Below are positions 55,166 through 63,539 of a DNA stretch of 64,000 nucleotides, piece after piece. The notes beneath the pieces were generated by a model. The model saw only the letters and a list, made by a program, of their open reading frames with translations. It had not been told where the DNA came from and made no database searches. Source of the DNA: Candidatus Rokuibacteriota bacterium. Its GTDB lineage: Bacteria > Methylomirabilota > Methylomirabilia > Rokubacteriales > CSP1-6. Position 1 is the stretch's first letter; the number at the start of each line of letters is the position of its first letter. The stretch covers positions 9,601-73,600 of the forward strand of contig JACPCF010000008.1 of assembly GCA_016179965.1 (NCBI GenBank), read 5' to 3'. A program made the translations under genes and the position numbers.

Positions 55166-57480
55166 GTCGATCCTCCTCTGAACAGCCAGCCCTCCAGCAA
55201 GATGATCAGCGCGGGCAGATAGATGATCACCATCAGGGCGCTCAGCATCATCATGCTCACGATGAACGCGCCGACGGTAATGTACGGGGTCAGCGGGGCG
55301 AACATCATCACGGCGAAGGACGCTGCGAAGAGCACGGCGTTACGCATGATCCCTTTGCCGGGCCGTGCGGCCGTCCACAGCAATGACTCGGTGATGAGTT
55401 CGGAGTTCGGGGTGCCGACCGAACTTTCCGCCAGCCGTTGTTTGAACCTGCCGATGAAATGAATCGCAAAATCCACTGCCATGCCTAAAGAGAGACACGA
55501 AAGCACGGAGATGGGCATGTCAAACCTCTTGCCGCTGAATCCCACCACTCCGTAAATGAGGAGGATCGTGAACAGGAGCGGGACATAGCCGACGACGGCC
55601 CACTTGAAAGAACGGAAGTTGAAGATGAGGATGACGAATACCGCGATAAGGGCGGCAATGAACCCCTTGACCATATCCCACAGGACCTCGTCATTCCAGA
55701 CGAGATTGAAATACGCGATTCCTGCCGGCTTGAGCTCCAGCGGGAACGGATGCGCCTTCTTGTAGTCATCGACCGCTCGTATGACTTCCTCCATCGCCTG
55801 CGCGTCCCAGGTCTTGAGCTGAACCCATATGTTGGCTTGGCTAAAAGGATAATCAACCACATTGTTCAGGTCCGATGCTTTCGCGGACATGCTGAAGAGG
55901 AACAGGTATTGGCCGACAGCCTCCTTTGTCTCAGGGATCACGTCAAATCCGGCATCGTCGTCATGGAGGACGCGGTTGATCCTCTTCACGTAATCCGCGA
56001 CAGAGAAGGTTTTCCCCACAATGGGCAGTTTTTCCAGATGCCGCTGGAGGCTCTCGATGTATCTCATTGCTTCGGGGTTCTTGATGAAGTCCTCCTCCTT
56101 CGAGATCGCCACCACATAACCTGTGGACGTGCCGCCGAGCGCCCTGTTGATCTGGGTGTCCGCGATCCGTATCTCGCTCTGTTTCTTGAACCACTCCACC
56201 ATGTTATTGTTCACCACGATGTTTGTGACCCCGATGATCGCCACGACACACAGCAGAGCGCCCACGAGGACGGTCACTTGGGGCCGATGGGCGCCAAATC
56301 CGGCGAGCCCTCTCAGGAACCGCGATGCCTTGCTGAACGAGACATCCTCTCCCCGTGCTGCCTTCTCTATATTTTTCTCCTTCACGAAGGTAAACATCGC
56401 GGGAACGAAGCTGAAGCTCAAGATCCTCAGCGCCACCGTGCCGAATGCCACCAGACCTCCAAAGACCCTGACCGGAATGATGTTCATGAACAATAACACG
56501 GCGAAGCCTGCAGCCGTTGCCAGGGCCGTGTACCGCACAGGGCGGCCTACCGCATGCATGGTCTCTATGATTGCAACCTTCTTATCTTTGCGCTCCCTGT
56601 AGCGGAAGTAGAACTCATTGAAGATGTGAATGCTGTCTGTCGCGATGGCCATCAAGAAGACGGGAGCCATTGAGCTCATGATGTGAATAGGGAATCCGAA
56701 CGCTATCAAGAGCCCCATGCTCCAGACGATGCTGATCATCGCATCCATCATCAGCGTGATGGAGAGGAAAAGGTCCCTGAACATGAGATACCGGACCGCC
56801 AGCATCACCATGCCTGCGATCGGCGCAAAGATTGCCATGAGCCTGAACATCTCGGCGCCGAATGTGTCCCTCGCGACCGGATCGCCCGCGATGTAGTATT
56901 TCTCCGCGCCCTTCTCTTTCCTCACGATCTCCCGGATCTTGTCGGCCACCTCCTTGCCATTGGCCCCCTTTTCCAGAGGGACATAGATGGCCGTGGTCTT
57001 GCCATCCTTCGAGATGATGCGGTCGACGAAGAGGGGATTTCCGAAAAGCATCTTGCGGAGCTTCGCAACCTCTTGATCCGTCTTCGGGACCTCCGGCATG
57101 AGAGGGGCGACCGTCAAGATCCCGGACTCGGATGTCACGTTGGTGATGGTGGGGAAGCCGTTGACATCCTGGACGGCCGCTCCCTTGAGCTTGAGGATTG
57201 CGTCCGTGATACTGCTGATCCTCGCGAGGGTCTCGCGGTTGAGGACGCCTCTGTCATTCACGATCCCCAGGACGATCATGTCCTCGTAGAGCGCAAACGT
57301 CTTGTCCACTTCGTCGTTCCACACCCTGACATCGGATGTGGCCGGAAGCATGTTCTTGGGATTCGTATCGGTCTTCATCCTCGGGAACTGCGTCATAAAG
57401 GCGAGGGTGAAGATTATCGTCAGAGAGACAATCAACTTCGGATGTGCGACGGAAAATTCAACAAGTGAAAACTTCAGCAT
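55162..57480 (-). CDS. MMPL/RND-superfamily exporter (HpnN-like, two 6-TM bundles with periplasmic loops)
   Basis: 772 aa, TM1, large loop, TM2-6, repeated; MMPL-type sterol-sensing-like region. Confidence 0.85.
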   Translation of the reverse strand: MLKFSLVEFSVAHPKLIVSLTIIFTLAFMTQFPRMKTDTNPKNMLPATSDVRVWNDEVDKTFALYEDMIVLGIVNDRGVLNRETLARISSITDAILKLKGAAVQDVNGFPTITNVTSESGILTVAPLMPEVPKTDQEVAKLRKMLFGNPLFVDRIISKDGKTTAIYVPLEKGANGKEVADKIREIVRKEKGAEKYYIAGDPVARDTFGAEMFRLMAIFAPIAGMVMLAVRYLMFRDLFLSITLMMDAMISIVWSMGLLIAFGFPIHIMSSMAPVFLMAIATDSIHIFNEFYFRYRERKDKKVAIIETMHAVGRPVRYTALATAAGFAVLLFMNIIPVRVFGGLVAFGTVALRILSFSFVPAMFTFVKEKNIEKAARGEDVSFSKASRFLRGLAGFGAHRPQVTVLVGALLCVVAIIGVTNIVVNNNMVEWFKKQSEIRIADTQINRALGGTSTGYVVAISKEEDFIKNPEAMRYIESLQRHLEKLPIVGKTFSVADYVKRINRVLHDDDAGFDVIPETKEAVGQYLFLFSMSAKASDLNNVVDYPFSQANIWVQLKTWDAQAMEEVIRAVDDYKKAHPFPLELKPAGIAYFNLVWNDEVLWDMVKGFIAALIAVFVILIFNFRSFKWAVVGYVPLLFTILLIYGVVGFSGKRFDMPISVLSCLSLGMAVDFAIHFIGRFKQRLAESSVGTPNSELITESLLWTAARPGKGIMRNAVLFAASFAVMMFAPLTPYITVGAFIVSMMMLSALMVIIYLPALIILLEGWLFRGGST

Positions 57481-57481
57481 A

Positions 57482-57811
57482 TCAGAGCGCGCCGATCACG
57501 CGATCGTGGTCAACGGCCAGCAGCGCCGACACCCCGGCGTGACCGAGGGGAACCGCGGGCTCGCAGGGCCTGAGCCCGCGGGCGGCGAGATCCTCGTCGA
57601 GAACGAGCAACCGGGCCCCGCGCTCGAGGAGCCGTTCGAGCCGGGTCGCGGTCTCGCGGGGTAAGTGGTCGCCTGCTAGAAGCACCGCGTCCTGGAGGCA
57701 GCAGAGGGTGAGGACGTGCCCTTGGTCCACGAGAGACTCAACGATCGACAGCGCGCGCTGCCCAGCCGAAGACGCGGGAGAGCTCGATAGCACCACGAGG
57801 ATCGAGGCCAT
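57482..57811 (-). CDS. TusB/DsrH-like sulfur-relay subunit
   Basis: LTLCCLQDAV and LVLDEDLAARGL align with E. coli TusB LLLLQDGV and YALNEDLIARGL. Confidence 0.6.
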   Translation of the reverse strand: MASILVVLSSSPASSAGQRALSIVESLVDQGHVLTLCCLQDAVLLAGDHLPRETATRLERLLERGARLLVLDEDLAARGLRPCEPAVPLGHAGVSALLAVDHDRVIGAL

Positions 57812-57821
57812 GGCGTCCTCC

Positions 57822-58187
57822 TCAGAAGATCAGCGTGCGGTCGCAGCGGGCGAGGGCTCCCGCGATCTCCTCCAGCGACGACGCCCGGGTCCCCTGGATG
57901 AAGTCGCTGGCGCGGAGTCCCCGGACCTCGAGGGCTCCCTCGTCTACGAGCACGGCGGCCCGTCCGTTTCCCTTCCGGATGAACTCGGCCACGGCTTCTC
58001 CGAGACACGTCCATTCATCGGCCGGTGGCGACTGGCCAGGCAGCGCGGTGAGGACCGCATCTCCCGTCAAGGCCAGGACCACCTCCCACCCTTTCCCCAG
58101 GGCGCCCAGCGCATGGCGGAGGGCCTCGGCCGGCTGGATGCTCCCGTAGGGCGCGCGATCTACGAGGACGCAGAGCGACTTCGCCAC
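57822..58187 (-). CDS. TusC/DsrF-like sulfur-relay subunit
   Basis: 121 aa, DsrE/DsrF-fold pattern (LCVLVDRAPYG...VVLALTGDAV...AAVLVDEGALEVRGL). Confidence 0.6.
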   Translation of the reverse strand: MAKSLCVLVDRAPYGSIQPAEALRHALGALGKGWEVVLALTGDAVLTALPGQSPPADEWTCLGEAVAEFIRKGNGRAAVLVDEGALEVRGLRASDFIQGTRASSLEEIAGALARCDRTLIF

Positions 58188-58191
58188 GGCC

Positions 58192-58548
58192 CTACCCCCC
58201 GAAGGTCAGGACGGCGTGGCTCTCGTCGAGGTGAGCCAGCAGCCGCGAGAGCGAGCCGACGCGCGCGCCCTCCAGGAGATCCTCATCCGCGATTCCCCTG
58301 AATCGCAGGCAGGACCCTCAGAGGTCCACGGCCCCGCCGCGGGCGAGGAATGCCTGGGCGGCGCCGCCGACGTCGAAGACGGACGCCGCCTTCTGCTCCC
58401 TGACGAAGCCGTACACGCCGTCGCCGGTGGCGAAGATCGTGGGCCGGTGCCCGGCCTCGAGCGCCGCCGCGGCGAGCTTGAGCGCCGTGCCGGCTGCCTG
58501 GCCGGAGTAGGGGCTGGCGGTCAGGACGAAGGTCAGGCGCTTCTCCAT
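58192..58548 (-). CDS. TusD/DsrE-like sulfur-relay subunit with in-frame UGA at the catalytic-Cys position: candidate selenoprotein (Sec77)
   Basis: MEKRLTFVLTASPYSG...GGAVDL[UGA]GSCLRFRGIADEDLLEGARVG...AVLTFGG. The TGA (58318-58320, minus strand) aligns with Cys78 of TusD/DsrE (NIC|VAAALRRG). Reading through gives a full-length 118-aa TusD. A 9-bp stem / AGGG loop lies 9 nt downstream of the UGA. Confidence 0.6.
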
Positions 58549-58552
58549 CGCG

Positions 58553-58870
58553 TTAGCTCCGCGCGCCGCTCCGCCGGCTGCCGGCCGTGGCCGCTTTGAC
58601 CAGCCGCCGCCCCTCGGAGAGCTGCTCGAACAGCACCTCCCGCATGATGTCGAACGCGCGGAGGATCTTGGGGTTGGCCGCTTTGAGGATCGCCAGGTGC
58701 TGCGAGAGGTTCGGCATGCTGGTCCCGACCCGTCGCGCCAGCTCGGCCACGGCCATCTCCTGCTCCCGCAGCGCATTGAGGATCTTGAGCCGCGTGGGAT
58801 TGGACAGGATCTGGCAGACGCTCGCGTGCAGCTCGTAGATCCGGTCGTCGGTGTGCCTCGCTGGCTCCAC
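58553..58870 (-). CDS. ArsR/SmtB-family metalloregulatory transcription factor
   Basis: wHTH SNPTRLKILNALREQEMAVAELARRVGTSMPNLSQHLAILKAAN; first gene of the minus-strand arsR-tusDCB-MMPL operon. Confidence 0.8.
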   Translation of the reverse strand: MEPARHTDDRIYELHASVCQILSNPTRLKILNALREQEMAVAELARRVGTSMPNLSQHLAILKAANPKILRAFDIMREVLFEQLSEGRRLVKAATAGSRRSGARS

Positions 58871-58914
58871 GGTTCAGTATTTAAGCATGTTCGAAAGTAT
58901 AGATCAAGTCGAAT

Positions 58915-59304
58915 TTATTGATTCGCGGGGAGGGCGCGGAGGAAGCGGACGAGGTCCTGGATCTCGGGGTCGGAGAGGTAGAAGCCGAAGGCGGGCATGC
59001 CGGGCTTGCCGAAGGAGGCCCCACCGTTCTTGATGAAGTCGAAAAGGTACTGGTCGGAGAGCCCCTGCATCCGGCGGGTGTCGGAGAGGTCGCCGGGCCG
59101 GATGAGGAGGAGCGTCACTCGCCAAGTGCCCTGGCCCTCGACCCCGTGGCAGCGGGCGCAGTAGGCGAAGTAGGCGCGCTGGGCGCGAGATGCGTTCGGA
59201 GGCGGCGCGGGCGGGGGCCAGAAGGCGGCGAAGACGGCGGCGTTGACCAGGATCACGCCGATGGCCGCCGGGACCAGGAGCCAGCGGGGGAGCATCGGGA
59301 ACAT
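58915..59304 (-). CDS. membrane-anchored class I c-type cytochrome
   Basis: N-terminal TM helix, heme motif CARCHG, Met ligand region (FGKPGMPAF). Confidence 0.7.
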   Translation of the reverse strand: MFPMLPRWLLVPAAIGVILVNAAVFAAFWPPPAPPPNASRAQRAYFAYCARCHGVEGQGTWRVTLLLIRPGDLSDTRRMQGLSDQYLFDFIKNGGASFGKPGMPAFGFYLSDPEIQDLVRFLRALPANQ

Positions 59305-59331
59305 AGATGTATTATCGCGCGGGCCGGCCCC

Positions 59332-60409
59332 TCACCCTACCTCTCCCCACGGGGGAGAGGATAAAGGTGAGGGGGCGATCCGCAGCAGGTCGTCGAGGAG
59401 GAGGACGAGGCGTTCCAGATCTCGGGCCTGGCGGAGCCGGGAGCGCCACCCCCCCTCGGACGGGAATGCGTGAGTGAAGCCGTCGAAGATGACGAGGCGC
59501 CCCAGGTTCGGGGCGGCCCGGGCGAGGCTCACGCTCTCCGTGTAGGGGATCGAGTCGTCATTGCGGCCGTGGGCGATGAGGAGGCGCGCCTTCACTCCGC
59601 CGCAGCGAGGCGAGCAGATCGGCCACGCGATCGTGCCGGCGGTTTTCTACGAGAGCCAGAAGCCGCCACCCCTCGACCCCGAGCTTCCCCAGCTCTCGCC
59701 TCACGTCCTCGCCGGGGTTCGCCAGCTTCCGGTCCACCAAGCGCTGAAGGCGCTCGCGCTCGCCAGGATCCGCGACGTACGGCACGAGGGCAGCCACGAG
59801 CTTCCAGCGGTTGAAGGACTGCTGAGTGGCCTGGCGCCCTTGTCCGTCCTCCTCGTACCACCCCGTAGTGACGAAGCCGATGACACCGGCGAGGTCCCAG
59901 TAACCACCGAAACTGCCGACGAGGGCGACCTGATCCCGGATCGCGGGGTCCGCAGCGGCAAGGAGCGCCGGCCCCGCGCCGAAGGAAAAGCCGAGGATGC
60001 CGATAGGATCCCCAGCCTCAGCCCTCAGGACCTGAACAGCCCTCACGATCGTGTGCACATCGCCCTCTGAGACGTGGAAGGCGCGGAGGTCGGGAAAGTC
60101 GGGGGCCAGCACCACGAAGCCCGCCCGGGCGAGGCTCCTGGCCAGGCGCTGAAAGGCCGGATGGTCCTTCCCCTGCCGCGAGAGCCCGGGGACGAGGACG
60201 AGCCCGCCACGCGCGGGACGCCCCGGGCGATAGAGGTCGGCGTCGGTGGCGTCGAAGGAAGCCCGATCGAGGCTGACAGAGTGAACCGTGGGCACCCAGC
60301 CGGGGACGAGCAGGTCCAGGGCCAGGAGGTGGGCGGACGCGAGGCGGCCCATCCTGGGGGCCGCGAGGAGGACGAGGACGGCCAGGGCCAGGGCGAGGCT
60401 GCGCCTCAT
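59332..60409 (-). pseudogene. alpha/beta hydrolase (paralogue of 13501-14622) with a frameshift near 59600
   Basis: Collinear with the 13501 protein up to ...LALVENRRHDRVADLLASL; the continuation VKARLLIAHGRNDDSIPYTESV...FDGFTHAF is in the -1 frame (ORF 59332-59595). Confidence 0.55.
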
Positions 60410-60937
60410 CCCATGGGCTGGTCCACCCCGGGGATCAGCTCGATGAGGCTCCGGCGCAGGCGGTCGTCCTGGAGGAGCTCGGCTCCGGGCCCCGAGAGCG
60501 CCACGCGGCCTTCTTCCAAGAGGTAGGCGCGATGAGCGAGGCGCAGGAGCCGGCGCACGTGCTGCCCCGCCGCGAGGATCGTCATCCCCTCGGCCGTGAT
60601 CTCCCTGATGGCCTGACAGAAGCGGTTGATCACGGGGCGCGCGAGCCCCAGGAACGGGTCGTCCAGGCAGAGCAGCCGCGGGCGCGCCATGAGCCCCCGG
60701 GCCAGGGCGAGCATCTGCTGCTCGCCCGTCGATCCGTTCCCCGTCGAGGCGGATGGCGCCGGCCCTGACGGGCAAAAGCCCAGTGATGGTCTTGAGCAGC
60801 GTGGACTTTCCCGCGCCGTTGGGGCCGACGAGCGCGATGAACTCGCCGGCCCTCACCTCGAGGGAACACGCATGGAGCACGCGCACGTCATCATAGCCCG
60901 CCTCGACCCGGTCCACTTCCAGGAGGCGCGCGATCAT
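60406..60937 (-). pseudogene. livF: livF-type ABC ATPase with ~190-nt internal deletion plus frameshift (Q-loop to signature-motif region missing)
   Basis: N-fragment (Walker A GPNGAGKST ... IRLDGERIDG, frame 1) is joined within ~10 nt to the C-fragment starting MLALARGLMARPRLLCLDDP (Walker B, D-loop, H-loop; frame 3). About 65 residues present in all LivF homologues are absent. Confidence 0.65.
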
Positions 60938-61665
60938 TATTCGTCCTCGCCGAGGTAGGCCTGCATGACGCGCGGGGAGCCGAGCACCTGGGCGGGGCGG
61001 CCTTCGGCGACGATCGTCCCCTGATCGAGCACGACGAGGCGGTCGGCCACGTGGGCGAGCACCCGGAAGGAGTGCTCGATGGCAAAGATCGTCAGGCCGC
61101 GCTCCTTGAGCCGTCCGTAGAACCGGATCACTTCCTCGCGCCCCTTGGGGGAGAGTCCCGACGCCAGCTCATCCAGGAGGAGAACCGTGGGACGCGTGGA
61201 GAGCGCCATCGCCAGCTCCAGCCGCTTTCGCTCTCCGAGCGAGAGCTCGTTGGCGCGGGCCGACGCCTTCGGGGCGAGGCCCACCATCGCGAGGAGCCGC
61301 TCGGCCTCCCGCCGGCGGTCGAGGACTCTCCGGTAGTGGTGCCGGGAGCGGAACGTGATGCCCACCAACACGTTGTCGAAGACAGTCGAGTGGGCAAAGG
61401 GGCGCGCGATCTGAAAGGTGCGCCCGATGCCAAGGCCGGAAAGTCTCCATGGCGCGAGGTTCGTCACGCGGCAGCCCGCGAACCAGACCTCGCCGGCGGT
61501 GGGACGCAGGAGGCCCGAGAGGATGTTGAAGAGCGTGGTCTTGCCCGAGCCGTTGGGGCCGAGGAGGCCGACCACCTGGTGCTCCTCGACGGCGATGTCC
61601 ACGCCCCGGAGGGCCAGGAGCCCGCCGAAGGCCATGGAGAGGCCGCGGCCCTCAAGCAGCGCCAC
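60937..61665 (-). CDS. livG: branched-chain amino acid ABC transporter ATP-binding protein LivG
   Basis: GPNGSGKTT, LSLGERKRLELAMAL, LLLDELASG, plus the LivG-specific insertion. Confidence 0.9.
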   Translation of the reverse strand: MALLEGRGLSMAFGGLLALRGVDIAVEEHQVVGLLGPNGSGKTTLFNILSGLLRPTAGEVWFAGCRVTNLAPWRLSGLGIGRTFQIARPFAHSTVFDNVLVGITFRSRHHYRRVLDRRREAERLLAMVGLAPKASARANELSLGERKRLELAMALSTRPTVLLLDELASGLSPKGREEVIRFYGRLKERGLTIFAIEHSFRVLAHVADRLVVLDQGTIVAEGRPAQVLGSPRVMQAYLGEDE

Positions 61666-62605
61666 TGCGTTTACCGGGGAGAAGACCAGCGAGCCCGCCG
61701 GGGAGATACAGCACGACCGCGATCAGCGCCAGCGCGTAGGGGAGCTGGTGAAACGCGGGGACGTAGGGGTGCAGGAGGAGCTCGCTCACCAGATAGAGCC
61801 CGAGGGCCGCCATGGCCGGCCCCAGGAGGGTGTGGAGCCCGCCGAACGTCGCCATCACGAGCGGCAGGATCGAGAAGTAGCGGTTGAAGACGAGGTCGGG
61901 TTCCACCACGCGGACCATGTGGACGTAGAGCCCGCCCGCCAGCCCGCTGAAGAGGCCTGAGAGGGCGAACGCCAGAACCTTCCAGGGGAGCGCGCGGACT
62001 CCGAGCAAGCTCGCACGCTCCTCTTCCTCGCGGACCGCCGCGAAGGCCAGCCCGACGCGCGAGCGAAGAATCCCTCCGAAGACCGCGATGACCACCACGA
62101 GAAAGGCCAGCGACAAGTAATAGCTGCCCGCCCGTCCGCGGGTGAAGTCCACGGGAAGCCAGGCCAGCGTCGGGAGCGGCGGGATGCCGATGAGGCCGGC
62201 GCCGCCCCCCGAGACCGCAGTCCAGTTGTGGGCGATGCCTCGCCAGATCTCGGCGTAGGCGAGCGTGGCGAGGGCCAAGTAGGCGCCCCTGAGCCGCGCC
62301 GAGGCGAGGCTGATTCCCGCGGCGCCGACGGCCCCGACGGCGCCGCCGAGGGCGATCGCGACCCAGGGAGAGAGGCCCCCGAGCGACGCGAGGGCCGCGC
62401 CGTAGCCGCCGAGACCAAAGAAGGCGGCGTGGCCGAAGGAGATCTGGCCGGCGTAGGCGAGGAGGTTCCAGCTCGTGGCCACGGTGCCGAAGAGGAGCGC
62501 CGTCGAGACGAGGTAGAGATAGTACGGATGGAAGCCCGTGAGCGGCGGCAGGACGAGCAGCGCCGCGGCCACAAGGCCGGCCCCGATCCATCCCCGGCGT
62601 CCCAT
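61652..62605 (-). CDS. livM: branched-chain amino acid ABC transporter permease LivM
   Basis: Hydrophobic 8-10 TM protein of the LivM type; start at the internal Met after a GC-artefact N-extension. Confidence 0.8.
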   Translation of the reverse strand: MGRRGWIGAGLVAAALLVLPPLTGFHPYYLYLVSTALLFGTVATSWNLLAYAGQISFGHAAFFGLGGYGAALASLGGLSPWVAIALGGAVGAVGAAGISLASARLRGAYLALATLAYAEIWRGIAHNWTAVSGGGAGLIGIPPLPTLAWLPVDFTRGRAGSYYLSLAFLVVVIAVFGGILRSRVGLAFAAVREEEERASLLGVRALPWKVLAFALSGLFSGLAGGLYVHMVRVVEPDLVFNRYFSILPLVMATFGGLHTLLGPAMAALGLYLVSELLLHPYVPAFHQLPYALALIAVVLYLPGGLAGLLPGKRSGAA

Positions 62606-63474
62606 CAGTGGCTCCAGCCGCGGGCGAGGCCGCCCGATCGGGCCAGCAGGGACGCGAGCAGCATCAGCGAGACGACCAGCTCGCGCCAGCGGGGCCCGCT
62701 CCACGCGACGGTCAACGCCTCGACCACGCCCAGGAGAATCCCCGCCACGAGCACGCTCCGGAGGCGCCCCACACCCGCCCAGATCGTCAGCACGATCGCC
62801 AGCAGCGTCAGCTCGATGCCGCCCGCGGGGTAGAGGTAGTGGAGGGTCGCGAACAGCACTCCCGCCACCCCGCTCAGGCAAAAGGCAAGGAGGAACGTGG
62901 TGCGCGTGGCCTCGTCCACGTTGATGCCGAGCAGCGCCGCGGCCTCGCGGTCCAGGCTCGTGGCGCGGATTGCGCGCCCCCAGCGGGTGCGGGTGAGTCC
63001 CAAATAGAGCGCGCCGACAACGGCGAGAGCCGCCGCCGCCACGACGAGCCGCCCCTGGTTCAGCCTGAGCCCGGCCAGGGCGAGGCTGCCCGTGAGCGAC
63101 TCGCTCGCGATCAGCCGGTACTCGCCCCGCCAGAGCGCGAGCATGATGTTCTGGAGCAGGAGGGAGAGGCCGAAGGTGAGGACGAGGCTCGACAGCTCCC
63201 GTGGCTCAGGGAGCCGGTGGAAGAGCCAGTGCCAGAGGAGGGCTAACGGAAGAAGCGCGGCGCCGGCGACAGGAACCAGGAAGAGCGGGTGGAGCCCCGA
63301 GCCGCTCCAGAGCCAGTAGCCGAGGTAGCCGCCGAGGATGATCAGATCGCCGTGGGAAAGGTTGAGCGCGCGGGTGACGCCCAGGATCATGGAGAACGCC
63401 AGCGCCATGAGGGTGTAAAAGCACCCCAGCAGGGCTCCGGAGACCAGCGCCTGGGCGAGCGTGTTGAGGGACAC
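62605..63474 (-). CDS. livH: branched-chain amino acid ABC transporter permease LivH
   Basis: LivH-type permease; GTG start (VSLNTLAQALVSGALLG...) abutting livM. Confidence 0.8.
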   Translation of the reverse strand: MSLNTLAQALVSGALLGCFYTLMALAFSMILGVTRALNLSHGDLIILGGYLGYWLWSGSGLHPLFLVPVAGAALLPLALLWHWLFHRLPEPRELSSLVLTFGLSLLLQNIMLALWRGEYRLIASESLTGSLALAGLRLNQGRLVVAAAALAVVGALYLGLTRTRWGRAIRATSLDREAAALLGINVDEATRTTFLLAFCLSGVAGVLFATLHYLYPAGGIELTLLAIVLTIWAGVGRLRSVLVAGILLGVVEALTVAWSGPRWRELVVSLMLLASLLARSGGLARGWSH

Positions 63475-63539
63475 GGTTTGACAAAAAGGCGTCCCGATAG
63501 TAGCGTTCACCCACCCGAACGTCAATTGCGAAGGTCGCT

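Noticed and set aside
58871-58914. AT-rich 44-bp segment between the cytochrome c stop and arsR start as a defined ArsR operator
   Set aside because: It contains short imperfect inverted repeats (TTCGA...TCGAA) and plausible -35/-10 hexamers on the minus strand. However no clean 12-2-12 ArsR/SmtB-type palindrome is present, so only the promoter role is suggested and no feature is called.
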